Origin: Octopus bimaculoides
Taxonomy: Eukaryota
Length of the DNA: 64,000 nt
Direction: 5' to 3'
Assembly (NCBI RefSeq): GCF_001194135.2
Contig: NC_068993.1
Span: 52,974,565 to 53,038,564, forward strand
This document shows, piece by piece, positions 1-12,134 of this stretch. Position numbers and translations under genes: made by a program. The notes beneath the pieces were generated by a model. That model saw nothing but the letters and a program-made list of their open reading frames with translations, was not told the origin of the DNA and ran no database searches. The first letter of the stretch is position 1; every line of letters begins with the position of its first letter.

Positions 1-222
1 AAGACACCATTTCGAGCGTGGCCGTTTTCGTGCGGGTGACACGTAAAAGCACCCACTACACTCTCTGAGTGGTTGGCGTTAGGAAGGGCATCCAGCTGTA
101 GAAACTCTGCCAAATCAGACTGGAGCCTGGTGTTGCCATCCGGTTTCACCAGTCCTCAGTCAAATCGTCCAACCCATGCTAGCATGGAAAGCGGACGTTA
201 AACGATGATGATGATGATGATG
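1..222 (+). mobile_element. SINE family A ((GAT)n tail, RTE-like 3' end), 5' part outside the window
   Basis: ...GTCAAATCGTCCAACCCATGCTAGCATGGAAAGCGGACGTTAAACGATGATG; near-identical copies at 19404-19700(-), 52810-53110(-), 28470-28720(+), 58815-58962(+). More than 15 further decayed copies, e.g. 610-880, 7845-8000, 15225-15430, 36500-36725, 39600-39760, 48010-48250, 50545-51020, 59650-59950. Confidence 0.85.

Positions 223-282
<60 letters not shown>
203..282. repeat. Compound microsatellite (GAT)n(TA)n(CA)n
   Basis: Direct; many similar (TA)n/(CA)n/(ATT)n tracts throughout the window. Confidence 0.95.
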
Positions 283-879
283 GCATGTATGTATGTATAT
301 ATTGGAGAAAATACCACACACATATATCCATTACATATAATATATTCTCCCCAGAACTGGACTCTGATTCATCACAGGATTATTCAGTTTTGCCTGCTGA
401 GTGGACTGGAACGGTGTGAAATGAAGTCTTTCACTCAAAAACACAACACATTGCCCAGTCCAGGAATCAAAATCACAATCTTACAATCAAAAGTCCAACA
501 ACTTAACCACTAACCCATGTGCTTCCACCATCTACAGCAAAACACCTATTTTTGTCCCTCTATACCTTTAACCTTCCATCAGATGATACAAAGCCACCTC
601 ATTCAATACTACTCCTCACTTCCAGCTGAAGAATTTTTGTCTTGCAAGATACCTGGTGACCCTGTCAATGCTGGGTCATGTAAAAGACATCGGTACTGAT
701 GCTACTTAAAAAGCACTGGTGATGGTACCTCATAAAAAGTACTGGCATTAGAAAGGAAATCACGCCAAAACAGACAAGGGATCCTGGTGTGGTTCCCAGC
801 CCTATCATCTCCTGTCAAACCAACCAATCCATTCCAGCATGGAAAATGGATGTTAAATTGTGACCATGATAATGATGAC

Positions 880-1700
880 TCCAGTTTAGGAGGCGGGAGA
901 GCTTGAGGGCTGTGTTGTGTACAAAGGCACCCTTACAAGAGTTGCACTGCTGATTAGGTGCTGCCCAGTTCTTTAGGAATGGTTGAGATTCTCAAAGTAT
1001 TTTAGGGTTGCATTAAAATTTTTTTTCTTTTCTTGAACAGTTGCTGTAGAGCTGTAGGTGAACTATGTGGTGTACTGAAGACAATGCATTTTTGCAGTGT
1101 GTAGTATGATGTTGAGGTACTTAAGTTAAGGGATAGTTTCAGTTCTTGCCCAGCTATTTTTGATGAGTCAGGAGTAAAGTGTCAGTAATACCGGGAATAA
1201 TTAGCATAAAATTAGTACAGGTCCTGCTATTGACTAATTTGAAGAGTCATAGAGCCTGAGAGGAGGTAAGTACTGTTTAATATATAATTGTACGTTGTGT
1301 TATGAGGAGACAATGAAGTGCTCAGATGGCCCAGTAGGTTCAGAGACAGTTACGGTTTGGTGGAGAATAGGTTTTGAGGTTAGTGAGATCAAGAATGTTT
1401 AGGATCCCTGTGTGTTAGGTTGAAGTGGAAGCAAGTTGGTGTAAGGATGAGCACTGCAAATGATTTCAGTTGGCAGTATAAGAATGGGATGAGTGTGTGG
1501 CCCACAAATAGTTGTGAACTATACTAGTGCAGAAGAAGTCTTCAAAAAATTACTAGTGGTTGCAGATGTGCCATGAGTAACAAAAGGAGAAAATGTATTT
1601 TAGACAATGAGGTAGAGATACATTAAGCCAGAATAACTAGATGCTAATCAAGTGTAGAGAAAATTATTACACTTAACAACTGGTGTAGCAGTATTATAGT
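880..1700 (-). mobile_element. Decayed CR1/L2-like LINE reverse-transcriptase fragment
   Basis: Frame-broken RT-like residues on the minus strand; weak. Confidence 0.4.
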
Positions 1701-1749
1701 CAGTCGTTACAAGAGTAAAGGAGACACCATAGAGAGAAGTAATTACAGA

Positions 1750-2700
1750 TGTGTCAAATTACAAATGGCTGGTGAGAGCCATTCAAGCCATTTTACAGTG
1801 GTGGCTGTCAGTAAGGTGAAAGTTAGCAATAAGTGCGGCAATGAATTCAGTGTGCAGAAAGAAGTTTGCCAGGGTTTGGTTCTCAATCTCTTTAAATTTA
1901 TCATAGTCTCCTGATAAATTGCCTGTGGGAACACCTCTGTTCTGACGACTTTATACTTTTAGCTCTGAATCTGCAAAAGAATTAGGAATGAAATTCCAGG
2001 TGTCGAAGCAAACCTGGAATCAAAGGGCCTTAATGTTAAATTTAGCAAAAATCAAAGTTCTTTTAAGCAGAAAAACTGACAGGATGTTCATTTCTGCAGG
2101 ACATGTAGAAAAGGTGTTGGTAGAAATTCCATAGATATACCTAATGCAAAGATTGGACTCGTAAGAAGTGCAGTGGAAGGACAGGAAGGTTGACAAAGAA
2201 AATAGACTTTCTTGTAGAAGATGTGCAAGAACAATAAACACTACTAAGAACACATGCGAAGTAAATTTTTTCAAATGCCCAATAGGATCCTTAGAGGTAA
2301 TTGATAGTTTCTGTCACTTAGGTGATCTAAAGTTCAGTGGAAGGCAGATTGTATGATGCTTATGTGGGCCTTGATTGCAGAGGACATGCAAAGACTAAAC
2401 AGAAATGAAGCTAGTTATGCTCTGCTGAAGGAGCAACATCAGTGTGTATGTCTGACGAAGTACAGATATGTTGAGAAAAAAATCTTAGGCATAAGTGGCA
2501 TTAGATTTAGAGTGCAAGAGAGAAGACTGCTGGTGTGGTCATGTGATGCATATGGAAGAGGACATAAAGGATTACCGATTGAAGTAGATAGAACCTGTGG
2601 AAGAATGAAATCCAGGAAGACATGGGACAAAGTAGTGAACACCAACATCATGTTAAAGCCTCACAAAGATGACAAAAGGCCAAAATGATTGGCAATGCGC
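1750..2700 (+). mobile_element. Decayed RTE-clade LINE (RT C-part and 3' region)
   Basis: Fragments resembling Q-G-S-V-L-S-P, (Y)ADD (ctgacgac at 1942), LESKGLNV, LEVIDSFCHLGD, RRLxWxxxV, GRxKSRKTWDKVV. Confidence 0.75.
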
Positions 2701-4436
2701 TGTGCTTGAGAAAACTTGTCCACTTCAGCATCAATGAGGTCCTAAAAGCATATTGTTTATGTCTATTTCCCTGCACCCAGTTTGTGCCAAGCCTTTCCAA
2801 CAACTCGTCTTCCTAACACCTATCCGTCCATCACTCTTCTGACTGTGGCACTATTTACTCAACTACTGTAATCATATGAGACCAAAACTGCACTTATTTC
2901 ATTTCCATTTCGTAATCCCTCTTCTTGGAACCACTTCCTTTTGTCATCCATCCCACAATCTCTTACACCATTCTTTTTTTCTACTGAATATTCTCAGCGA
3001 TTGTTCCCCACCCCCGCCTTTATTCATCATTCACTATATCCACCCTCCACCTCGGCATAACTCTGACTTCCATCTCTGTCATTGGGCTCTCACCCTCACC
3101 ACACACTTCACATCATCTCTTTATTTCCAATCAACATTCGGTTTTATTACACTACTGCTTTCCACTTTTTTTTCTGCCACTTATCACCTTCTCCTCCCTG
3201 ACTCCTATTTCCTTCACCTCCCCCCCCCCCCCGAACTGATATTCACAATTGCCCCTGTCCACCTGAAACATGTAAAGTTTGCTTTCTCTATTAAGCTTTC
3301 TGTGATCTTTGTGACATTTCTTGTACGTCCACAGTTTACACTGGACGTACCATATGGAATTCCTATCTGCTCCTTTTCTACATATAGACCAAAGCCATTT
3401 TTTTCTGATGGAAGTGGGGTTTTGTCTTCTTTCCTACTTATTAATACCCTAGTCTCTGCTAAATTCACTTAGAGATCCCTATCAAAGGATCTTTCCTTGA
3501 TCAGCAAAAGCTTAGCAAGATACTTCTGCAGTCATCCCAATTGGAGGTGGCATCAGTAGTGCTTCTTCCTGGCACAAAATCAAACTACATAGTATTTACT
3601 GTATTTTCTGGCATACAAATCAACATAGTATGTAGTGTAAACATTCAAACATAGTCACTATCTTTCCAAATCTTGCTGCATTTCACATTAAATATTTGGT
3701 CCTCCAAGTTTGTCTTGGTATATATGTCGACCTACCTTTTTTTTGGTTGTAAATTTTAGTCTGAAAATTTTATCTTGTATACTGGAAAATACAGTACATT
3801 AATACTCTTTCTGTAACCTTCATAACTTGGTGTGACAATTTAACATTTCTGTAGTTTCCCCTCTTTACTGCATCATCTTTGCCTCTGTAGCATTTGGTAA
3901 TGACACTGCTATACCAGTTATTTGGGTATGACACCCTCATGTACTACTTGATTTACTATATAGGTGACCAGTCTACATCTCGTTCAGCCAGAGATTTTTA
4001 AGCATTTCTGGTTATACCTGGATCAAGCACCTTTCCTGTCTTCATAACTTCAATTGCTCTTTTCACAATGCTGCTATCAGCTTGGATGGCTGGTCCCATA
4101 GTTGGGCCTACTTGAAGTAGACTCGCCTTCTCCCATGCATTCTTCCCATTATCCAAAAATCTCTTGTAACAGCACTTCCATGCCTCTTTCTTTGCATTGT
4201 CTGTAAGAGCAAAAGCACTGTCACTTTTTTTTTTTAACACACTTTCCCCAATAATGTCTCAGATTTTTCTCACACCGCCTTGCAATCCAAAATACCACTC
4301 ACATTTAAGGACATTGACAGACTTTTTACTTTGAGCTTTTACTCTTAATATATATGCCCTGACAGCTTAATTCTCTACTGTTCTTTACTGTCCCTGTTTA
4401 GCCTATCTTTCTTAGCTTGTCTCTTATTTTTTATGG

Positions 4437-5410
4437 CAGCAGTCCTCAACCTTTTTTGCACCATGGCTAATTTCAAGACAATTTTTTCATTGACCTGGGG
4501 ATCACATGTATAATAAAACACAATAAAATATGTAATATATAATTTAATTACTACATATATAATGTATATATATCAGATCATTAAGAATGCAATGTCTAAT
4601 TTTGAACTGAAAGTTTATTTCATTTTATCTCAACAAAAAGCAATGCACTTAATCAAAGTATGTGCCTAAATTATCAACACAATTTTGCCATTTTATCAGT
4701 AGCTTATTTATGCTGGCAGAAAAGAATTCTGGAGAGCAAGAGGTGATTAAATCACGAAAGTTCATGTGGTACCAACTTGCCCAGATTCTTTACCTTGCTG
4801 ATTTGTTTCAGATGGTCCAATACAGTTGGAATTGAAACATCTAACTTTGCTGCTAATTCACGCATAGTTTTTTTCAAACTATGAGTTTCCACTACATTTT
4901 CCAGCTCATCATTATCCACCTTGGTCTCAGGTCTACCACAGGGTTGATTTTCAAGAGTAAAGTCACCAGACCGGAACTTCTCAAACCATTGATGTACTGT
5001 GCACTCATTTGCCACATCTTCACCAAACACCTCATTGATGTTTACAGCAGTCTGGTATGCATTGATTCCACAACAGAACTCATATTCATAAACAACACAA
5101 ACTTTTGATCTATCTATGGGTTCACAAAAATTGACTTACAAGAGAAAACTCATAATACAATTGGACACCATGAATTGCATTTTGAAAAGTGAGGATGTAA
5201 CTCTTCAATGTTGTAAAACAAAGAATTGTCAGAATAAAACATTAGAGTTAACGACTGTCAAACTTGGACATTTTATTCGCAATGACCTGATATATATTAC
5301 ATATATAAGGCAAAAACACTTTGCTGACTGATAGTTAATAAAATAGAAATAAAATTTTAAAATATATTTTTTCCAGTACTGTCTCACAGTCCAGTAGTTG
5401 GAGACCCCTG
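4437..5410. mobile_element. Non-autonomous hAT (Charlie/MER1-like) element with 8-bp TSD
   Basis: TIRs CAGCAGTCCTCAAC / GTTGGAGACCCCTG (10 of 14 match); TSD TTTTATGG (4429-4436) / CTTTATGG (5411-5418). Confidence 0.85.
4573..5290 (-). mobile_element. Internally deleted mariner (Mos1/SETMAR-like) with TIRs and TA TSD
   Basis: 29-bp TIR including TA, 23 of 29 match. ORF 4752..5030 has the mariner HTH (WFEKFRSGDFTLE...GRP...VPHEL) joined directly to the C-terminus (PEFF...INKL..KWQNCVD...YFD*). Confidence 0.9.
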
Positions 5411-6424
5411 CTTTATGGTATTGCCTACAAATTTCTTCTATCCATTTCATCTTTTTTGGCTAAGACCTTGCCCCAGCTACAGTTTAGATCTATCACCCTC
5501 AATAGGTTGAAATTCCCAATTATCCTCTATTTTCTATCTGTGCCTCAGTCTTGTCATATTAATGTTTCTAAATCTGTCACTGGTTGTTAGCTCTTTCAAT
5601 TTTCATGTCCTCCTTATCCAAGATTGTCATCTATCCTTGTGTCCATCTAGCATTTACTTTAAAGTTTTGATCCTTCTTCATTTTGTATACCATAGCCAAG
5701 TTCTCCATGAAGCATAAGGCAGCAGAACCCTCATACTTTTGACCAATATGTCCATTAAAATCACTGGTTACTATGATGAAGTTACTGTTATTTGTTTTGG
5801 AGGTTGTGACCTGCAGAAGCGTTTCATAAAAGTAGTCTCACTGTTTATCCAATAGACCTGATTGTGGTGCATAATCAGAGAGAAATGCCGCTGTTGTGTT
5901 GATGAAAAGCAGCTTAATTATTCTATCACACACCCTGACTACATCAATTATCTGAACTATCCATTTCTCTGCTTCTAAGATACATATTCCTACTCCACAC
6001 AACTACATCTATTCAATGTATCTTGTATTTAAGATAGGAAGTAATTTGAATGTGATATAACTGCTATATCTACTTATTGCTTAGATAATCTCAATAAAAT
6101 GTGTTCTGCTGAAAAGGTCAAATAAGCCTGAAATATACTTATTGTTTTAACTCATTGGTTTAAAGACCAGATTCATTTCTATCTTGTATTTTGTATATTT
6201 TCTGAAAAATTTCAACTTAGTCATTGTATTGGAAGTCTATGTCATTTGCATATTGTTAGATTTTAGATGCACTAGAGAGGTTTGACAAAAGATCTTGGCA
6301 GAATAAGTACCTGACTTAAAAAAAAAATAAGCACTGGGTCTCAGTTTGATCAACTAAATCCTTCAAGTTGGTGTCCCAGTATGGCCAGAGTCCATTGACT
6401 GAAACAAGCAAAAGAATAAAAGAA

Positions 6425-6770
6425 TAGTCATGGCTGTGCTGTAAGAAGCTTGCTTCCAAACCACATGGTTTCAGTTTCAGTCCCACTGCATAGCACTTTA
6501 GGCAAGTGTCTTCTAACCCCAAACCAAAGCAAATCCTTGTCAGTGGATTTGGCTTTATGTGTGTGTGAGTTTGTTGCTCCCCACCACCACCACTTCACAA
6601 CCTGTATTGGTTTGTGTAAATCTCATCTCTGTAACATAGTAGTTCAACTAAAATAAAGCGATAGAATAAGTATTAGGCTTTAAAATAATAAGTTGTGAAA
6701 TTGATTTGTTTGACTAAAGCTTTCTAGGTGATGTTCCAGCATGGTCACAGCCCAAAGATTGAAATAAAAG
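6425..6770 (+). mobile_element. SINE family C (tRNA-like head GGCTGTGTGGTAAGAAG...GGTTCAGTCCC)
   Basis: Recurrent head and body; copies near 11960-12090(-), 16280, 22545, 33965, 35290-35495, 38310, 39300, 41400-41830, 43915-44130(-), 49190, 58080, 59170. Confidence 0.75.
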
Positions 6771-6849
6771 ATATTTATTTACTTGTGTATTTATATGTAT
6801 ATGCATGTGTGTGTGTTTGTATTTATGTGTATTAATGTGTGTATGTATG

Positions 6850-7250
6850 TGTTTGAGTGCGAGTTTTGTCACTACTCAGCATATTACGTCTGCAGCAGTA
6901 TAAAAGCTATTTTATGGAAAGCTTTTGTCCTCAATTACGCGACTAATATTTTCATTGGTTATCTGGGTTGAGGAAGAAAGGAAGAAATTGTTGAATGATC
7001 AATGCCCTAAGGCGACCAACCTGCCAAGTAATTATGTGTGTATTTATTGTGACTGAGCTGAATTAAACTGGAAGCAAAACAGTAAAATGGCATTGAGTGT
7101 GAAAATTCCATTCCTGTTACTGTGTTTGTATTATTGTTAATCCTTGTTGTTTGACTAATGTACGGTTATATGGTAGGCCTTTAACAGACGTAATTATTTC
7201 ATTCATTCTTTTCATTGGCTCTCATATGAATGGCAGTCGCCCACCTTGCT
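6850..7250 (+). promoter_or_regulatory. Candidate promoter or first-exon region (TATAAAAG at 6899-6906, locally CpG-rich, non-repetitive)
   Basis: TATA consensus. About 8 CpG in 400 bp versus 1-3 in the neighbouring ~600-800 bp. GGAA and GATA motifs. Possible donors at 7173 (GTAGGC) and 7190 (GTAATT). Link to the VEGFR gene is inference. Confidence 0.3.
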
Positions 7251-8349
7251 GTTGCTGTTTAGCCCCAGATCAATTCTTATCTGCTACACCCATGATGAAA
7301 GGCATTTCAGCTTTGATATATATTTTTTTTTACACTTGTGTATGTCAAGAACTACATTGTCAAAAGTATTCTTTTCCATTTAAAACAATGACAGTGGTAG
7401 TGGTGGTTTAGAATTTGAGACAGAATTAGCTACTATTTCTAGCAGATAAAGGCAATGGCAGAGAAAGAGAGAGAGAGTTTCTTAATTTTTGTTCACATTG
7501 CTCAGAAGCATTTGTCTCAAGACCACCAGAGATGGAAATGGGGGTGGTCCATGAGTGTACAGGGAGACGGTGTTCTGTTATATTTCAGCACATGGTAAGG
7601 AGGAGGGCTTATAGTGTGTACACCCATCTTCCCGGCCTCAGCCTTTCAGACTTTTGCATATCCCTTGTTCCTGATATCCATTTCCATCACTGGGGAACCA
7701 TTCATTTCTGACAATGCCAAGCAATGAGCCTTTACATAATTGCTCAACATGCTGGAAATAACAGTTAAACCTGCCTCGAATTACACAGTATTTCCTTTGA
7801 AGAGGGCAACATATTTCAAATCAATATGTGTGCACAAACACACACATATGTCATCATCATCATTTAATGTCCATTTTCCATACTGGCATGGGTTGGATGG
7901 TTTTATGGTAGCTGGCAAATCAGAAGACTGTCCCAGCTCTACTGTCTGCTTTGGCACAGTATCTATGGCTGGATGCCCTCCCTAACACCAACCACTTTAC
8001 AGTATGCTAAGTGAATTTCACACGCCACTGGAACAGGTGCATGTAATGAGTGCATAGAGTACTGGAATGAATGCATTTTACATGGCACTGACACCTAATA
8101 ATAATAATAATATATGCACACACGCATGCACAGGTATTAAGGTAGATAAATGTAGTTAGGCTTAAGATATACTTACATGGAGCACAAATTACAGATAACA
8201 AAATAAAGAAAAAAGAACAAAAAAGGATTATGTAAAGTTTTATCTCAACAGCTGTTTCAAGATAGCTATAACTTACATAGTAACCACATTCATAAGTAAT
8301 ATGTGCATGATGACATAGGTGTCATTTTTGCCAAAGCATAATATTGTTA

Positions 8350-9540
8350 TATTTCGGGTCTAAGCATTGCAATGCAATTGTAAAGGAAACACAATTATGA
8401 CACTACCACATTTATTCAATATGACCACCTCTGTTTTGAATCACAGTCTAGGTGCAAATGCTTTACACACGGCATGCAACCATTCTTGCTCATTCCTGAT
8501 GCAGTTTTGCTTTCAGATCATCAAGCAGAGCATGAGTGCTCATCTCCAAAATGGACCAAACAGAAAAACTCAACAGGTTGAGATCAGGGCTTTTTGAAGA
8601 CCATACATCTTTGCCTATGAAGGACAGAATGTTATTCTGAATCCAGTGTTGTGTCTGTTTGGAGCTGTGGGATAAGTACCAAGTCCTGTTGGAGGCTCCA
8701 AAGTGTGCCTTGAAAGTGCTCATTCACCCATGGAAGCAGTTCAGCTTCCAGAATGTCATTAATGTATTGCTGGGTGTTAATTTTAACATCTGAAGGCACA
8801 AAAACGAGGGGAGACCTTCCAGTGGCTGTCACAGCTGCCCAAACCATAACTGACTCTGGATTTTGACATTGATTTATAAGTCTACCCTTGATGGAGCCAG
8901 ATACATTCCAAAGTTGGTCATTTTGGTGGTTTACTATTTGTTTGATGTCAAATTTTTTTTCATCAATGAACACCAGGTTGGGCACTGTGTCTTCAGCAAT
9001 CTGATGCAGGATAAGACGACTTCTCCCCAGTTTCATGGCCTTATAAACTTGTGTGAGCTCATGATGGCAGATCATCTTGTAAGAGTGGGTCCTGAGATCC
9101 TCTTTCAGCACTCAATACATCGATGTTCAGCTTATTTTGGCTGTGGCAGCCAGTTTTCTGACAGAACAAAGAGGATTTCACCGTATCTTTTCTCTTGTAC
9201 TCTTGATAAGCTGAAGGATCTGTACACTTCTTTTTCAGCAACGTCCAGGTCAGTCAGCGGTGGAACCAGTCTCTTGGAATTTCTTGACAATTTTCCACAA
9301 TGTTGTTTGGTTAATTTTAAGCTTTTTTGCTGTAGCTGTATTATTTTCACATCCTTTATGGAAGGTTATGATTGTATTTCAGTATATAGCCATTATCTAA
9401 TTTATAAATCTGAATTTATTTACAAACAAAAATAAGATACATTAAGCTTTTATAATGTTGTATAATTTTCATATCTTATCACATTTATTGATAGTTATTA
9501 AAACCCGAAACTTTGCTTCCCTTAATTTCAGGACACCCTA
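8350..9540 (-). mobile_element. Decayed DD37D (maT/Bmmar1-like) Tc1/mariner transposon
   Basis: VFIDEKKF, SVMVWAAV, QQD then 37 aa to the third-D position in SPDLNLLS (D replaced by S), C-terminal GGHIE*. TIR-like end GGACACCCTATA at 9531-9542. Frameshifted over three ORFs. Confidence 0.85.
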
Positions 9541-11285
9541 TATATAAATAGATAGATAGATAACATATAAATACATACATAGACAATGAGCTTGACAGTT
9601 GTTTTGATGTTTTAAGTTAAAACCTATCCTTTGTGATAGACCTATATTCCAGTGGTGAAGAATGAAGTACATATTTTCCAGAAATTTCCTATTTCTATTA
9701 ATATCATCATCACCTTAGTAAAAAAATTCAGCAAAATATTTCATACAAACCCCTCGTAACTTTTCTACTTTATTGGAAATTTCAGAAAATTTTTGCAAAT
9801 TTGTGTTCTACACACAGAAATTTATATGATTATGTAAATAGACAATTATTTATTATTATTTTTTTTAAATATTTCCCTCCACCTTCAATCCTAAAATTTC
9901 CACTCTTTTTCGAATATTTAAAAAAAATTTTGAAATACAGTTTGAATTTTTTTTTTAATCCCAGCAGTTGACTGTCATTGGGTACATCATTCCATTAAAT
10001 ATATTTATGGGAAGAAAAATATTGAAAAGCATCAATACATGTCAGAGTAGCAAAGAAACAAGGACTGTATTAGGTGGTTGTGGAATGTGCTAAAAACAAC
10101 AGCTAAATCGCACTTCATTCACACACAATGCATGAGACCCTAATATTCCTAGTTAGATAGAAACTGCAGGACCACATGGAGCAGCATCCTGTGACTCCTA
10201 TAGTATGCACAACTGAAACCCCTACAGGAGCGTCCTATGGGATGACCTAGATGAGATACGTTAACTAATGACTTCCTATTTCAGGTAAGAGGTTGTGGTA
10301 TGAGATTTGACTCTTGTTTCTAGCGAGTTAAATGACTGTGTAGTAGCTTGTGTAATGATGATAGTGTTATATAGTAGTGGTGGTGGTATGCTTTGAGGTG
10401 GTACTAATGGATCGTTTGTGTGTGTGTTAATTATCAATGAAATGTTAATTCAATAATGTAGTAAAATCTAGAAACCAAGGTAAACTGATGGTTTACCAAT
10501 TTCATTCCACCTATCTCTCTCTCTCTCTGTCTCTCTCCTTTTACTCTAAAGTAGAAGCTTGGTCTTACACACATACACAGTTAAGAAAATGACTGGCAGA
10601 TAACATTACTCACACACAGTGAGACCTTGTTCACTGCAACCACCACCACCACCACTACTCACCAATGGACTGCTAGGGTCATTATTCACCAAATTCTACT
10701 GAACGTTTGACCTCTGACAAATTAAACTATTTTAAGAAACCATTACAGCTACTTTTGATTCTCCCTACCATTACTACAAGTAAGGTGGGTGTTAGAAGCA
10801 GCCCCTGGTTCATATCATAGATCCCTTCTCCCTTCCATTAATCAATGGTTGTTATAGGGATTGCTGACCCCTACAATCTTTCTGTTTAGTTGTCAAAACA
10901 TCATCTACTGCCATAACTGTTACATTACTACCAACCACCTTAGAGAACCTCTGTGATCTCTCAAACTGCTAGAAATAGCAGCCAAATCCTTCTCAAATAT
11001 ATTACCCCATACTGTCTTAGAAAAGTCACATTGGATAGTCCAGGATACATGGTCACAGTCCAATGACTTATACAAGTAAAAGAAAAGTGCCTGGGGGAAA
11101 AAAATAACAGGATGGTCAGGATTGGAATGCCGTTGAGCATCATTCTGCTCATTCATGGCCAACTGGGGCTAAAAGAAATATCATTACTACCACAACATCA
11201 TTATTGTTGCTGCTGCTACTACCACCACGACCACAACTCCTACTACTACTACTACTGATTTTGTTACTTAATTATGATCGCTAGA

Positions 11286-11553
11286 ACAATGCTCGCAAGC
11301 TTTTTCACTTGTGGTACACTTATATTCTTCTCAAAATTCAGCAGCATACCTGAACTAAAAATATAACTAAAAGTATAGGGGGAAAATTATATTCAGATTA
11401 CACTGTGGTACGTCTCATGACACCCCAGTGTGCTGAGGCATAAGATCTTGTTAAAATTTATGCGCAATAAATTACTTCTGCGATATACAAAATTTACTAT
11501 TTTGCTTGTGTGAACCCCAAAAATCTTATATGGACCCTGGTTGAGAACCACTG
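11286..11553. mobile_element. hAT-type MITE remnant
   Basis: Right end GTTGAGAACCACTG (reverse complement of CAGTGGTTCTCAAC); left end decayed. Confidence 0.5.
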
Positions 11554-12124
11554 GTCATGTTTCTGCTCAATGATACCACTGGGTTTTATATTTTAATTCT
11601 GATAAAGATTTTTTTTTTTTGTTTTTGAAAATATGTTTAAAACATAAGTATTGTCCATCATCATCATTGCTTTTTTTAAGATCTGCTTTTTCATGCTTAT
11701 ATGGATCAGACAGAGATAAAGTATATTGGCAAAGATTTTCTTCAGCCAGATACCTTTCTTGTCATCAACCCTAATCTCTTTCCAAAATAGGCAATTCTAT
11801 TTTTTTTCCCCCATGGCTAGACAGACATGTTCTTGCAGAATATTGGAAATAAACAATGCTGCTTTTGTGACAGTGGCACTCATTTACAACTTTTGTACAA
11901 TGTCAAGACAAGGAGACATACATACACTCACCCACGCACACATACACACAACAGGCCTCTTTCCGTGACCATCAACCAAATCCACTTTGGTCAGCTTGTA
12001 GCGGATGTAGTGGAAGACACTTACACAAAATGCCATGCGGCAGGATTGAGCCTGAAATGTGGTTGGGAAGTAAATTTCTTAACCACACAGCCATGCCTGT
12101 GCTCTGGTTTAAATATTTTATTAC

Positions 12125-12134
12125 NNNNNNNNNN
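12125..12134. other. Assembly gap (10 N)
   Basis: Ns in sequence. Confidence 0.99.

Larger units (their letters stand above)
3440..6000 (-). mobile_element. Decayed RTE-clade LINE (endonuclease-to-RT region), split by the hAT insertion at 4437-5410
   Basis: ORF 3998..4240 DNAKKEAWKCCYKRFL...GPAI...AIEVMKTGK matches the RTE pre-RT region; LINE-like sequence resumes at 5419. Confidence 0.7.

Noticed and set aside
2876-3472. 198-aa ORF rich in F/L/H/P
   Set aside because: Pyrimidine-rich antisense of decayed LINE sequence; no domain, no splice context.
6425-6510. tRNA-like A/B-box sequences
   Set aside because: SINE heads; no cloverleaf can be built and they run into SINE bodies.
7087-7140. 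MALSVKIPFLLLCLYYC as the VEGFR signal peptide
   Set aside because: In-frame TAA at 7138 and again at 7156; no credible phase-1 donor before the stop.
7500-7740. Possible Ty3/gypsy integrase relic on the minus strand (GIVR, PVHSW-like)
   Set aside because: Too short and decayed to support without a profile search.
8863-9435. 190-aa + strand ORF
   Set aside because: Antisense shadow of the DD37D transposase.
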